Shown: positions 12,841 through 25,119 of the stretch, piece by piece
Numbering within the stretch: the first letter of the stretch is position 1
How the letters are laid out: each line of letters starts with the position of its first letter
From: Klebsormidium nitens
Taxonomy: Eukaryota; Plantae; Klebsormidiophyceae
Assembly (NCBI GenBank): GCA_000708835.1
Contig: DF237203.1
Location: 1-64,000, forward strand
Direction: 5' to 3'
Length of the DNA stretch: 64,000 bases
Made by a program: the position numbers and the translations under genes
Notes under the pieces: generated by a model
What the model was told of the DNA's origin: nothing
What the model saw: only the letters and a program-made list of their open reading frames with translations
Database searches by the model: none

Positions 12841-15442
12841 CTAGTCGTCGTCCGAATCTGTACAGCCACAACGATTGGCAATCAGCGTCTTTGCGCTTGC
12901 ATACAAGGAAGCCTCCTCCAAGCCGCGATGTGAAGCTGGCAAGCAACAAGACGGGGAGGCACGCCCACTTCCGTGCTTCTGCCTCCTGCCGTGCTGATGG
13001 CGGCGGCGGCAGCGGCTGCGGCTCACCGGAGCGCACGTCGTCGACCTTGCCCCCGCTGGCGATCTGTTTGGCGGCGATGCGCAGGATGAGCAGGAACCAG
13101 TAGCAGTGCAGCACGAGCACCAGCAGGAGCGCCGTGTTGAACACGTAGTAAAACACGAGCGTCATGGGCCACGTCAGCAAGGGGCCCACCAGCGCCGGCG
13201 CCTCAAAGCTGCAGCACCGCAAACACACGCTCAGCGCACACACCGGCAACCCAAGCTGCAAAAGGGTAGAAGTACCTCGGTTGCCTCAAGTGAAGACATG
13301 AGCCGGGATCCTCAGGATGCAACAGCCGTGAGGACCCCGCGGGCTCTGTGGCGGGTGCACGCGCGGTAGGCGGGCGCACCTGGCGCTGTAGATGAGGACG
13401 GCCGGGTAGTAGACGAGGCGCAGCGCAAAGAAGCTGAGCGCGAAGGCGGCGAAGGTGAGCGAGGCGGCCAGCTCGCGGCCGGCGTACTTGGCGAGCTTGG
13501 CGCCCTCCAGCAGCACGTCGCTCAGGTCGTGCGCCAGCAGCACCAGCGCGCCAATGCGCACAAACCTGCGCGCCAGAGGGGGGGGTCACCACATGGGGCC
13601 GTCAGCAGGAGCTGCAGAAAGCGTACAACCGAGTTTACCTGCTGGTAAGTCCGACGTCCTTCTACGTCGCATGTTAGGCACAACAGTGCTTCTCCGTGAA
13701 CACAACTGCTCTTCGCACTAGGGATGCCGCTAGTGCTGAGCCGCCCTGCTCCTCGCAGCCTAGTTTGATCGTGCGAGACAAAGCGCCGCTCCTCACTGGC
13801 CCCGTTCAACATGGTGCAGACGTCCCTCCATTGAGACCCGACTCTCCGTCCACTGAGTTCGATTTCACCCATCCTGCGATCGGCCTGTTCCCTGCCCGGT
13901 GTGCCGGGCTCGTGCGGCGCGCTCACCCGTGAAGGTAGGAGTAGGCGAGCAGCAGCGTGGTGGCCAGGTGGTGCGTGAGCATGACCAGGCTGTCCTTGCG
14001 CCGCACCTCCCACGCGTGCGCGGGCGCGACGAAGGAGGCGCCCACCGCGTAGATACCAAACAGGTAGTACGACAGCTCCAGCATGTAAAACACCTTCACC
14101 CCATACCTGCACTACAACCGCATGCCACACACGTCAGGGAGGCACACCTGATAAACGGGCTTCGAGCCAAAGACAGGGCTGCTGACATGGAGTCGTGCTT
14201 GGACGAACTCAGCAGCACTGTCCCCCGTGCTCAGCCACTGCTCAGGCTCCTTCTCCTCCCTGCCGTTAAACCGCCTGGGGCGGGGCTTTCGGAGGGGTGG
14301 TATGGGTCTCACGTGACGGTGTGGTGCGGCCAGCCATCCCAGAGGGCACGAGTGTCCCTCCCGGGCCAGCCCTCCGCGAGCGTGACGGTTAAGCCGTACA
14401 GCCAGACCGCGCCGTAGAAGCAGCAGCGCCAGGCGGACTCCTTGTACTTGGTCACAGCTAGTTGGGCGCGCTCCTGCCCCACGCGGCTGGCGGGGGGCCT
14501 TTGCCGGGCCAGAGCGGACCGCGCAGCACTCTGCACGGGAGAGAAGACAGGGTGAGGGGCGCGCAGTCAGTTTCAGAAACACCAGCCGACAAGAGTGCCC
14601 CCCCCCCTCACTGCGAGGTTGGCGTAGAACAGAGAATAAGAGTGAATGGGGTCTCACCAGCAGGCAGTAGGGGGGGCACAAGAAGAGACTTTGCATTTGC
14701 TGGAGCGGGCAGCGCAATAAGCGCTTCGCCAGCTGGAGTGGGCTGCAAGGGGCAGTCTGGCCAAAGTGGGCCCCAATGTGTTGCAGAGTGGAACAAAGCG
14801 AGCCCGGGGCAAGCCAGTGACCGTGCAGGGAGCCGAAACAGGACCACACGGGCATGGGACAGAGCCTTCCATGGTGTGAGAACACAATGCCGACGGTCTT
14901 CAAAAGATGCAGACGGCTGATTGAGGCCCCACTCAAATAGAGTAAAAGGGAGCCCCCAACTCCTTGCACACACCAAGCTGTCTCTGGACTTCTCAGACTT
15001 GCTAGCACCACGTAACGGAGTGCCCCCAACAGGCGCAGCTGGAAGACGCAAGCAGCGAAAGTGGGAGGACCATAGTAGAGGGACCCCCCTTAGCTGGCAG
15101 AGGTCTGGAATACAAACAAAGCGTGCCAGCATTGTCATCCACTGGGGGCCTCGTCGGTTTGCCAGGGGGTCATGTACTCACATCAAAGACGGTACACTCC
15201 AGGGCCCACCTCAGGGCAGGGAGCAGCAGGGCGAGGAGCAGCGCCAGCTGCAGGTCAGCCACCACCGGGAGTGAGCGCTGCCGCCACCGAGCGAGCCCGT
15301 GAGGGCCCTCTGAGTCGCTGTGACCCAAGAGGCTCAGCAGCAGCTGCGCCAGCCAGTCAGACAGCTGGTTCCGCAAGTGCACAACGTTAAACGCACCCAG
15401 CTCAAACCCTGCCTCCATGGGCTGACTGCTGCTGTCGACCAT
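12841..15442 (-). CDS. LAG1: Ceramide synthase (LAG1/TLC domain)
   Basis: Exons 15442-15182, 14530-14313, 14106-13927, 13565-13380, 13208-13027, 12857-12841, frame-consistent. Contains KYKESAW, the Lag1 motif RRKD..VMLTHH...LAHDLSDVLLEGAK and the acidic C-terminus DVRSDSDDD. An alternative start is possible at 15418. Confidence 0.92.
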
Positions 15443-15640
15443 GGTGCCTGCACTACTGTTGTTAGGACCACGCAACTCCTGAAACTTAAACCTACGGTAG
15501 GGCTTAAAAAGGGCTTGCCACTGATCAGGTTGCAAAGGGTAGTAAACTTTGGAAACTCTCGAGCCCGAGGAGTACTTCTTGTGCATGCAGCATATGTACA
15601 TGTGTGCAAGGGATGAGCTGGCAAACAAGGCTCCTGGACA

Positions 15641-15677
15641 TAGGGTTTGCTGTGATTGAAGGCTGTTTTTAGGGTTT
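15641..15677. promoter_or_regulatory. Two telo-box motifs in the LAG1/PPR divergent promoter
   Basis: TAGGGTTT at 15641-15648 and TTTAGGGTTT at 15668-15677 (reverse complement of AAACCCTA). Confidence 0.5.
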
Positions 15678-15783
15678 TGGCTGCATTGCAATGGCACCAC
15701 AAAATTCAAATTCATTGCTGCCACCATGATGATCATGATGCGACTCTGACTCTGAGGACAACGACGCAGCTCAGGGGGGAACG

Positions 15784-18700
15784 ATGGGGAGCCTCGGCGG
15801 GCTTCTCCCCCCCATGTTCGCATCACGTGTTGCCTGTCGGGCAACCCTGCGGCCCCCTCTGGCGGCAATCCAGCTGCGGCCGTCCTTGGTTTGCTCCAGC
15901 TTCGTTGGGACGCGAGTGGTGCAGCCTGCCCCGCCGCGCCAGGTTGGTCGGCGCACCGCTGGGCTGAGCGTGCGTGCGCTGTACTACAAGCTGGGGCGGC
16001 CAAAGAAGCGGAAGAAGGAGTTCTGGGAGAAAAAGGACGAGCGCTACAAGACGGTGAATGAGACGCTGGTGTATTGGCCGTACCTGGACCAGGCGCATGG
16101 CAGGAAGCAGGGCGGGGAGCACGGCACCGGCAGCCGGGACAAGGGTGACCGTGGCCCGCACCCGCATGACCAGGACGGAAGCGCTCCTGTGGGCAGAGCA
16201 GCTCCAGCCAGCCTGCCTGCTGGTACCACCGTGTGGCGCCTGACGCAGACGGGGCGCAGCCTGTGGGAGAAGCTGAGGGTGTTGCCTCCGGGGGCTGTGC
16301 AGAATTTTCTTCGGGCCAAAGCGCAGGAGACTGTGGTGACAGACAGGGACATGGCATGTGTCGTCAGAAGCTTGAAGTATGACAACGACTGGGACAGACG
16401 GGCCAAGGTGAGGTAGCCTGCAAATTGGACTTGTTGCAATGCTGAGGCTTGGGGGGCAACCTTTGTGAAAGCCAGAGCTCCGCTTATGGAAATGAGTCTT
16501 GATCGAACAGGCGCAGCGTGAACCCTCTTCTGTCGCTGCCGGTTGACACGTATGGTGTTGGTGGCAGGTGCTAGAGTGGTGGCAGGCGGAGGGCGCCTGG
16601 CCCTTTGGCCCCCCCCAGTGGAGTGCGCTGGTGGAGAGCGAGTGCCGCGGCGGGCGCGTTGCGGCGGGGCTGGCAGCCTACCAGCGCATGCGCGCAGCGG
16701 GGCAGCAGCCATGCGAGGCCACCTTTGTGGCGCTCATCACTGCGCTGGGGCACCACGGCAGGGCGCACCAAGCGGAGGCGCTGTTCCAGGCCATGAAGCA
16801 GGAGGGCTTCCCCCAGGGTGCGCGCTCTTGCCCTGGCACCTGCACCGCCCTCCAGGAAGCCTGCCCGCAGCTTGGAGCGTTGAACCACCAGCCACTCCGA
16901 ATTGTGGGGAAAGCTCGGTTGGCTGCTTGCTCCCGTCTGTGTCAGCCTGCCTGTGCGCTTGAAAAATGGCTCGACGATGTATAGCCTGACCGGCTGTCGT
17001 CTGCGTTGCTGCAGGCGTGCGCACCTACACTGCTCTGTTGGCAGCGTACGCTCGGGCCGGCAACGCGGCTGCAGCGGAGCAGGTCTTCCACGACCTGCAG
17101 GTGAGCGACCCTCTCCCGCTCACCCACACACTACAGCCTTCCTGCTCTAAGAGTGGGGGCGCCATTGGGTCCCCACCTCGTCCTGCTCCCGCTGCGCCCA
17201 CTTGGCTGCCTGACCTTATGGTGCCCGCCATCGCTCTGCAGCGCGAAGCGGGCGTGCCCCCCAACGTGGTGGCCTGCAATGCGCTGATGCATGCGTACTC
17301 ACGCGCGCACCGCCCCGCGGATGCGGCCCGCGTGATGCGCGGCATGCTGGCCAACAAGGTGCGCCCCAACATGACCACCTACAACACGCTGCTCGACGCC
17401 TACGCCAGGGTGAGCCGCCCCCTCACGCCCCGCCCCTGCCGTGCCTCCTGCCCTGACTTGGCCCCACACTCGAGACTACCCCCTAATACCCCTTGTGTTT
17501 CCTTTGGCACTCCCGTTTCACTCAATCCCAATCCCACCTGACTTGCCCGCGCGTCGGGGTGGCGTGGTGCAGGTGGGCAGCGTGGCTGGTGCGGAGGCGG
17601 TGCTGGCGGCGCTGCAGGCGGCAGGCTACGGCCCCAGCGCAGTCACGTACACCACGCTGCTGGCGCTGTACGGCCGCACAGGCCAGCTGGCGCGCGCAGA
17701 AGCGGTGTTTGCCGTGATGCGCGATACTGGCTGCCGGCCTGGCCTGCCCGCCATCACAGCCCTGCTGGCAGCCTACGGCAGGGCGGGCTGCCCCGACAAG
17801 GCGGAGCACTACTTCCGTCAGATCCAGGTAGGCCCGACGGTCAACGAGCAAGGGCAAGAGTACTCGTTCTGCTTTACAAGCACGTCAATGCGCGCACGGA
17901 TTGCAGGGTGCAGCGCAGCTCGTTGGCAGGCTGTTCCCGGCTGCGCCCGGTTGCCCCTGACCTTGCAGCGGGCCAGGCAGGGCAGCAGTGACTGAGCCGC
18001 TGTTGGGTGGTGCAGGCCGAGCTGGGGGTCACTCCGGACCTGCGCGCGTACAACGCCCTCCTTGATGCATACGGCAAGGCGGGCGATGTTCGCAAGGTGG
18101 AGCGGGTCAGTGCTTGCACTCCTTGCTCTGCATCCACGTCTTCATGCCTCGTGTGTCCACACATTGGAGATGCACATCTACGAAGCGAAAATACTTTGTA
18201 ATAGACCAGTTCGTTTAAGTCTCACCGATAGCAGTCTGCCTCTTGACTTGGAATCAAGCCCACTCAGGCCAACTGCGATCCAGTCCATTGACGCAGTACT
18301 TTGCGTCCAGCTACCTGTTCGCCGCTCTTGTGCTCCTTGCCTGACCCCGCTGGTTGGCTGCCTGCCAGGTGCTGACTGGCATGCCCGCTACCGGGGTGTC
18401 TCCCTCTGCCGCCAGCTGGACGATCCTGCTGGACACGTATGGCAAGGCGGGCCGCCTTACTGAGGCTGCGGCCGTCCTGGAGCGCATGGCCGCCGCGGGC
18501 ATCACCCCCGGTGAGAATACACGGCTCGCCCACATTCGAGATGCGCTCGACTGCATGCGGCTGGCTCAACAGACAGATTGAGACCACTTAATGCAGCTCG
18601 GGCTGTCGAATCGTGTGTGGCGGTCCGTTTCTTCGATGCGGCGAACCCCTGCGTGATGGTGGCTTTCTCGGTGGCATGTGTGCAGGCGTGGTGGAGTACA

Positions 18701-19986
18701 CGGCACTGCTGGACGGGTACGTGAAGGCGGGCGACTTCACGGCGGCTGGCGCGCTGCTGGCGCAGATGCGGGCGGAGGGGCTGCCCCTCACGCAGGAGAC
18801 GGCGACCGTGCTGCTCGACATGCACGCACGCACCGGGAACTTCCAGGTGTGCAGCCGCAGACGGAAACGAATCTGAGCGCCGGCATGCCGGCAGTGGCTG
18901 CAGCTGCTCGAGCATCCATCTCTCGTGATTGGTTGACTCCAAGGGCTGGCCCATCACGTCTTTGTAAAGAATATGCCGACACGACGCCTGTCTTTACCCC
19001 CCTTTGCGCTGCGTGGTGTGCAGGCGGGCCTGCGCCTTCTGGCCAGCCTGGCTAAATCGTCCGTGCCCCCTTCTGCCGCCTGCTTCAACGCTCTCCTCAA
19101 CGGGTGAGCGCCGCAGCCTGCCCCCCTCCTCCTTCCTTGAGGCCCTTGCTCTTGCGCCACTTGCACCCACACTCTCTTTCTGGTCGCTGTCGCTGACCGT
19201 GCTAACTCTGCCCCTTCGTGCCCGCAGGTACGCTGAGACGGGCCAGGCCGATGCTGCGGAGCAGCTGGTGGTGCAAATGACAGCCGCGGGATGCCTGCCC
19301 GACGTGCGCACGTTCAACGCGCTCATCCGGGCACACATCAGGGCGGACAGGTGCGCACCGCGCTCTTGTGGAATCGACAGGATTAGGCAGAAAGTGGGTA
19401 TGCTGAGAAACAAGGGAGGTGATAAGGCCCGAGGAAGGCTCTCCGTCGCTTTGTTGGGGTTCGTAGTCGACTGCCCCAACAGCTCACTCGCGGTCTCCAT
19501 TTCCGCTCTCTCCTGCCGCCGCCTGACCCTTTCTCGTCCCCCCCTCGCCCAGGCTGGCGGACGCGGAGGTGGTGCTGGCCGTCCGCATGCGCGCCGCAGG
19601 CGTCGCCCCCGACCACCGCAGCTACAACCCGCTCATCCTGGCGTTTGCGCGCGCGGGCCAGCCCGATCACGTCGCGCGGCTGCTGCGTGCCATGCGTGCC
19701 CGGGACGGCCTCCCGCCCTGCGAGGTGCGCCACCACGCCGCGCTGCAAGCAGGCTCACCCTGCGGCTCCCAGTCGTTCTCCCTGCGTCTCCAGCTTTGTG
19801 TGCGCTTTTTTGCACGGCTATCGCCCCCGCAAGTCTGCTTCACTAACTGGAGCTTGCTGTCTCCAGGTGACGCGGTCGGCAGTGTGGGCGGGCGGCCACA
19901 CCACGCTGACCCCGGCGGTGCTCAAGGAGCTGGGTTTCACTGCGCAACAGGTCGCGGCCATGCAGCGCAGTGACACCCCTGCGTGA
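15784..19986 (+). CDS. P-class pentatricopeptide repeat protein (about 14 repeats), organelle-targeted
   Basis: Twelve exons: 15784-16407, 16568-16817, 17015-17100, 17242-17409, 17573-17827, 18016-18105, 18369-18510, 18686-18846, 19024-19103, 19228-19350, 19553-19724, 19867-19986. Tandem 35-aa units such as NMTTYNTLLDAYARVGSVAGAEAVLAALQAAGYGP. Ser/Arg-rich N-terminus. Confidence 0.92.
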
Positions 19987-22041
19987 GGCAGGCCCGCCCG
20001 GGGCATGCTCCCGTCGTCATCTTATGCGGACAGCATCCGCAGACCCGGATCGGCCGTTCACACACCGAAGCGGGGTTTCTGCGAAGGGCAGGCCCATGTT
20101 GCCCGACGGCCCCTGTACCATCGCAGCAGAGCAGCGCGCGGTGTTCCAGGGCGCACCATGGCTGGCCGCTGCCCGGACCTGGCAGCATCACCGCTGCTGG
20201 GCCATCTGCCTTACCGAACCCCTCCTCCTCTCACCTGAGGCTGGCCATCGCCGGGGTCGCTGGCATGTGGCACGAACGGCAAGGCGAGGTTGGAGTGGTT
20301 CCTACAACGGTGTTGGGGAGGCTTAGTCCGGTCCGCTCCCGAACCGTGGGACCACGCCCCGCCCGTGCCCCGGCCGGAACTGGTCCACCCCGCTTTGGTC
20401 TGCACGGGCAGATATTTGGCAAGAGTTTTCGCCAGGTCACTCAAATCCAATGCCATGACGAGGGGCGGGAAAGGCATCAGGGTTCACGAGAAGTGGCCAA
20501 GCCTCCCACTCAGCGATTGGAGGCGCTTACTGCTGATTGTAAGGACGGTACCACGATGCCTTTCTCACAACGTCGAGTCGAGCGCTAGCCCAGTGGGCTG
20601 ACTTGTGCACACCACGTTGTCCTCCGCAAGCCGAGTAGCCACCGGATACTTGGTCGAGTTAGCAACGGCAGAAAGTGGTCGAAACGACACTGTTTCGTGA
20701 AACGGCTTTCTGCCTGCAAATCTTGCCGAGTTAGTTCACTCGGCATTTAGCTGTCGCCTTCCTTTGCCCCTCGCTGCTTTGTTGGGCTCCTGTTCAACCA
20801 GTCGTCAGGGCGCCCATCATCGCATGTCTGCGTTGCAGGGCGGCCAGCGGGCGCCGTCCCCTCTCAAAGGACCAGCACAAAAAAACTTGAACCACGAAGA
20901 GAGCTATAAATATTCGAGTAGCGTTCATAGAAATCATTCGTGGCTTCTGGCATGCCGTGACACCAATAAGAGGTCCTGAATGCGAAGACGATCACAGGCT
21001 CGAGGCACTGAGTGCATTCAACAGGTTTCGGCATTGTCAATATGTGGAACTGCACGTGTCATGATATGTGCATGAGGATCTCAGGTGATTGCACACGCAA
21101 GGCTACAGTCCATGGCATCCGCGCGCGCGTGCTCCGTGGATTGCAAGTTCTTGAGCAGATCATGAAAATATGTCCTGCCGCCGCTGGCATGCACTAGCTA
21201 GCACATGATACAACGCCGTTATCGACATTTTTGCGGCCATGGTCACGTACCAGTATACATATCGATCTATAGCTCCTGATTGTCACCAATATGCCAGATT
21301 ACAGACCGCGTCATTGTTTACATTCTTGCACTGTGCACACATGATGATACAGCACAAAATATATGCTTTTGTGCAATAAACGTATGCCTACCACTCAGTT
21401 ATTCTGCACATATACATGTCCAAGCACATACTGGTAACTTCTACTTATGGATTCAACAACGAAGTCTGGCAGCTCCTAAAATCATATGTGCGGTGTGTCA
21501 GTAACAAGCCTGCTGTGGAATCCACATGTCGCGTCACTAAGGAACTTCATTTCTGCTTTTGCATACAAAGGCATAGTTCATAGTTCTCAGACAGCTGCCT
21601 GCCTGCTTATCGCATGTCCTCGAGCACACTGGATGCAGGGCAGGCCTTGGGCGGACAAGATGTCGTGACCACAAGCTGCAGAGCACGATTGGCTGTACGC
21701 TTGTTCACATGGCTTGTTCCAAGTCTCAGGTTCGTGAAAAGCCTCAGGTAGGCTGATCGAAGTTCTACCAACTTTTCAGCCGTCCACGAGTAGAGCTCCG
21801 CTGTGGACCGTAGGCCGTGATTTGATGCTAGACCGCAACCAGCGCATCTCCTCGCTTTTCTGCGCTGCCGTTAACGAGGCTCAGAGCGCAGACAGCGCTG
21901 GCTCGCACTCGTGCTTTTATACATGTTCAAGAAGCAGAGGCCCGTGAAAAGGGCAAGCCCCAGTTCGTCTGAATCAGACTCTGAAATATCCACGAACGGT
22001 GTGGTTATCGAGCCACGGGGCGTGCTCCGCTTTGTAGCGCA

Positions 22042-24382
22042 CTATTGAGCCGGCACGACCCGCAGGAGGAAGGTGTACAAGCCCCCGGACAGCAGCAGGC
22101 ACCCGCTGCACGGAGAACGGGGGGTCAGAGACGGGGAGCAGACGCGTCAATTGGATGGGGAAAAAATGATCGATCTACGGATCTACGCTATCGCCAGGAG
22201 AATCTGACCGAGAAGTGTTGCTGACATCAAAGCTCGGTGATGGGTTAGTGCGCTGGTCGGGTGCGGGCGTCACCTGGCCGGGTTGATCCAGGCGGAGAAC
22301 TTGCGCAGCTCGAGCAGCTGCTTGAGCGCGCCCGTGAAGGAGGCCGCCGCCAGCAGCGGGGCCACGTAGCCCAGCGTGTACGTGAACAGCAGCGCGCTGC
22401 CCACCACAGGGTCCTGCCAACCACCGCCACGTATCGCTCAGGTGCCGTTCGTACCACACAAAGCGCTCGGACCTCGGGAGCAGCCTCAAGTGCGGGTCTT
22501 ATTTGCTCGTTGATAGCCCCGAAAGATAGTGCAAAGGACTACGCCCTGCACACGTCCTACCTGAACGATCGAGTGGGGAGAGAAACCTCTCCTGGTCCCT
22601 ATAACATGTGTGGTCCGACTGACAGGCTGGCAAGTTGTGTCTGCTCTACTCACCTGCGTGGTGGCCACATAGGAGAGGAGCGTGGCCAGGACGGGCGTGC
22701 TGCAGGGCGATGCGGCCAGCGCAAACACGAGGCCCGCCAAGTATGCCTGCACGCTGCTGGGCAGGCCCGCCGCCAGCTCACGCGCGTCCACGTTGCCGAG
22801 GAAGGAAGGGAAGCGCAGCGGCAACACCTGCGGGGAGGAGGACGGGTAAGATGAGACGCGGGCTGGCAAAGAAGGGGCGGAAGCGACAGTCGGGAGCCAG
22901 AGGACTCTGGCCCTCGTCTATGGCCTCCGAGTGAGGCCGGGGGGCATGTGGCGGCTGACCTCGAGAAGGTTGAGGCCCATGAGCATGGCCGTGAGCGACG
23001 CCGCGATGGGCAGCCCTGCCCCGACCTGCCCGTACGCTTTGCCCGCCAGGGACGCCCCCGTGCCCAGCGCGGCCAGCGTGGTGGCCAGGCCCAGGGAGAA
23101 GGCCGCGGCGTCGCGCACCAGGGCGGCGCGCGAGCGGCCCTGGTCATAGCCACCGATGTAGCCAATGGTGAGGGGGAGCACGCTGAGGGTGCACGGGGAC
23201 AGGCTGGTCACCAGGCCAGCGCCCAGGATGACGGCACCACTGGGGGAAAGAAGGGGGGGGGGGCAAGACAACGGGTCAGGAGGAGGGGGATCAACGTCGG
23301 TTGCACTCTGAAAGAGGCGGACGGGCACAGGACCTAATGCCACAACGTCATAACTCAACATGGAAACAGCTAGACGAGAGGGGCAGCTGTCTCTCCTAGT
23401 TCGCAAGCATGTAGGCGAAGAAGAGTCCATCATGAGACAGGGCCATGCTATTGAGTGGGCCCATGGGTGGTGACGGTGGCAGCACGTTCCAGGGGCACAG
23501 TCCTCACCTGGTGAGGGTGAGCCCCCCCTGAATCTGGCCTTGCACCAGAGCGTTTGCGTTCTGGCCCAGTGCGTACAGCGCCTCCCCCACCGCGGCGGCC
23601 CATCCCGTGTCGGTTCCCCCGCCCCCGTCCGCCTGAACACCAGAGTCAACCACTGCGTCAGCCAGGCACTGGCACACCTCTGTGAGCCTTCCATTGCAGC
23701 GCTACTCAGTGCTCCCTTTTGGTTCGCCACTCAGGCGCCGCCACATGGGATAGTTTCCTACCCTCGTTGCTATCAGACAGGAAGGAGGGAGCAGGCGTAC
23801 CCATGCCGCTGGCGCCAGCAGCAGCAGCAAGCTGGCCCCCAGCACAGCCGCTTCCGGGACAACTCGTAGTGCCTTCCTGGGGCTGCCATCGTCTGCCGGC
23901 GAGCTCGATTCGACCATCAGTGGCTGATACAAGTCCGCACTGTTGGGCCGCAATTGCGAAGTTTGGGGGCTGTCCCGAGACCTACAACGACGGCAGGAGC
24001 CTGCACCACCAGTGGGGGTCCTGTCAGAGCAGCGGAGATCAGAGACAATGCCAGGGACGGCCATTGCAGAGGCTAAAAGGTCCAGGAAACTCTGCGAATG
24101 CAGAACCATGGCCGATGCACGAAGGCTTGCCAGTGTGCTCCACAAGCAGGAAAGAGGCCATACCAATGAGGGCACCACACCTCTTCTCCCTTCCCCGGGC
24201 GACTGCCACTGCCATCTTGGGACCTGCACAGCCCCTGCCTTCCTCCCCTGTTTGAGCTCTTTCCTTGGCCGCCACCAGTGCCGCGCGCTGTCCTCATTGA
24301 GCGGCACAGGCCCCCCTGCCTGGGCCTGCGGCCAGCTGGAGAGGGAAGGCAGCTGCAGGCCGGCACACTGGGAGATGGCCAT
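22042..24382 (-). CDS. ccdA: Plastid cytochrome c biogenesis protein CcdA (DsbD-like)
   Basis: Exons 24382-23801, 23632-23508, 23239-22960, 22827-22654, 22413-22274, 22105-22042. Motifs [19 protein letters not shown] and [15 protein letters not shown] carry both redox Cys. The start codon and first exon are less certain. Confidence 0.92.
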
Positions 24383-25119
24383 GAAGCATCAAGAACGCCA
24401 AGCTGCTCTCCCCCTGTCTTGGTCTGCAAAATGTCAAATGGATGCCCAGCATTGCATGGGGCCCTGTGCCAGGTCAGCAAGTCGGATCGACTGTTCAGCT
24501 GCAAATTCAATCTGCCAGTGCCGGCCAGCCAGCGACTCAACCAATGCGTGTTGAGAAAGTCTGGAGCTTCACGCCCATGCAGGAGTTCAGCTGAATCTCA
24601 ATTCGACGAGCTGGCATGAGGGAGCTGGACGTCTTCGTGCTGAACAGTTGTTCTCGAACATGTCACCTTGAAACTAAAGTTGTGGCGTCTTCTTCCTTGT
24701 TGGAGCACCACGCTGCACTTGGGATTTCAAAGGTGACGCTGCTCCAAACCTGTCACAACCACCCAGGGGCTGACCTGCAATACTCGAGGCTGGCGCCCCG
24801 CATGGGCGTTGGAATCACCAATTGAGGTGGCTGAATATGTGAGGATGCTTGTTTAGACCTTAAAGGTGGTGGAAGTATCAGGCTGCAAATCAAGGCACTG
24901 GGTTGTTACACGCGGAGCAGCGCTAGTATAGATATCAGTTGCCTCCACCACTTTGATGGTGAGCCATCCGGCCTCTCAAGGTGCCTGGGCGTGACAGGAA
25001 CTTTGCAGCAAGGCGCCCAGCTGCCCTAGTGGAGTGGTGGTACAGCGCGCTCGTTGGTTACTCCTCACTTCCAAATCACCTTTCCTGCGCCTGCGCTTGT
25101 TTGAACAGGGGGCGCCACG

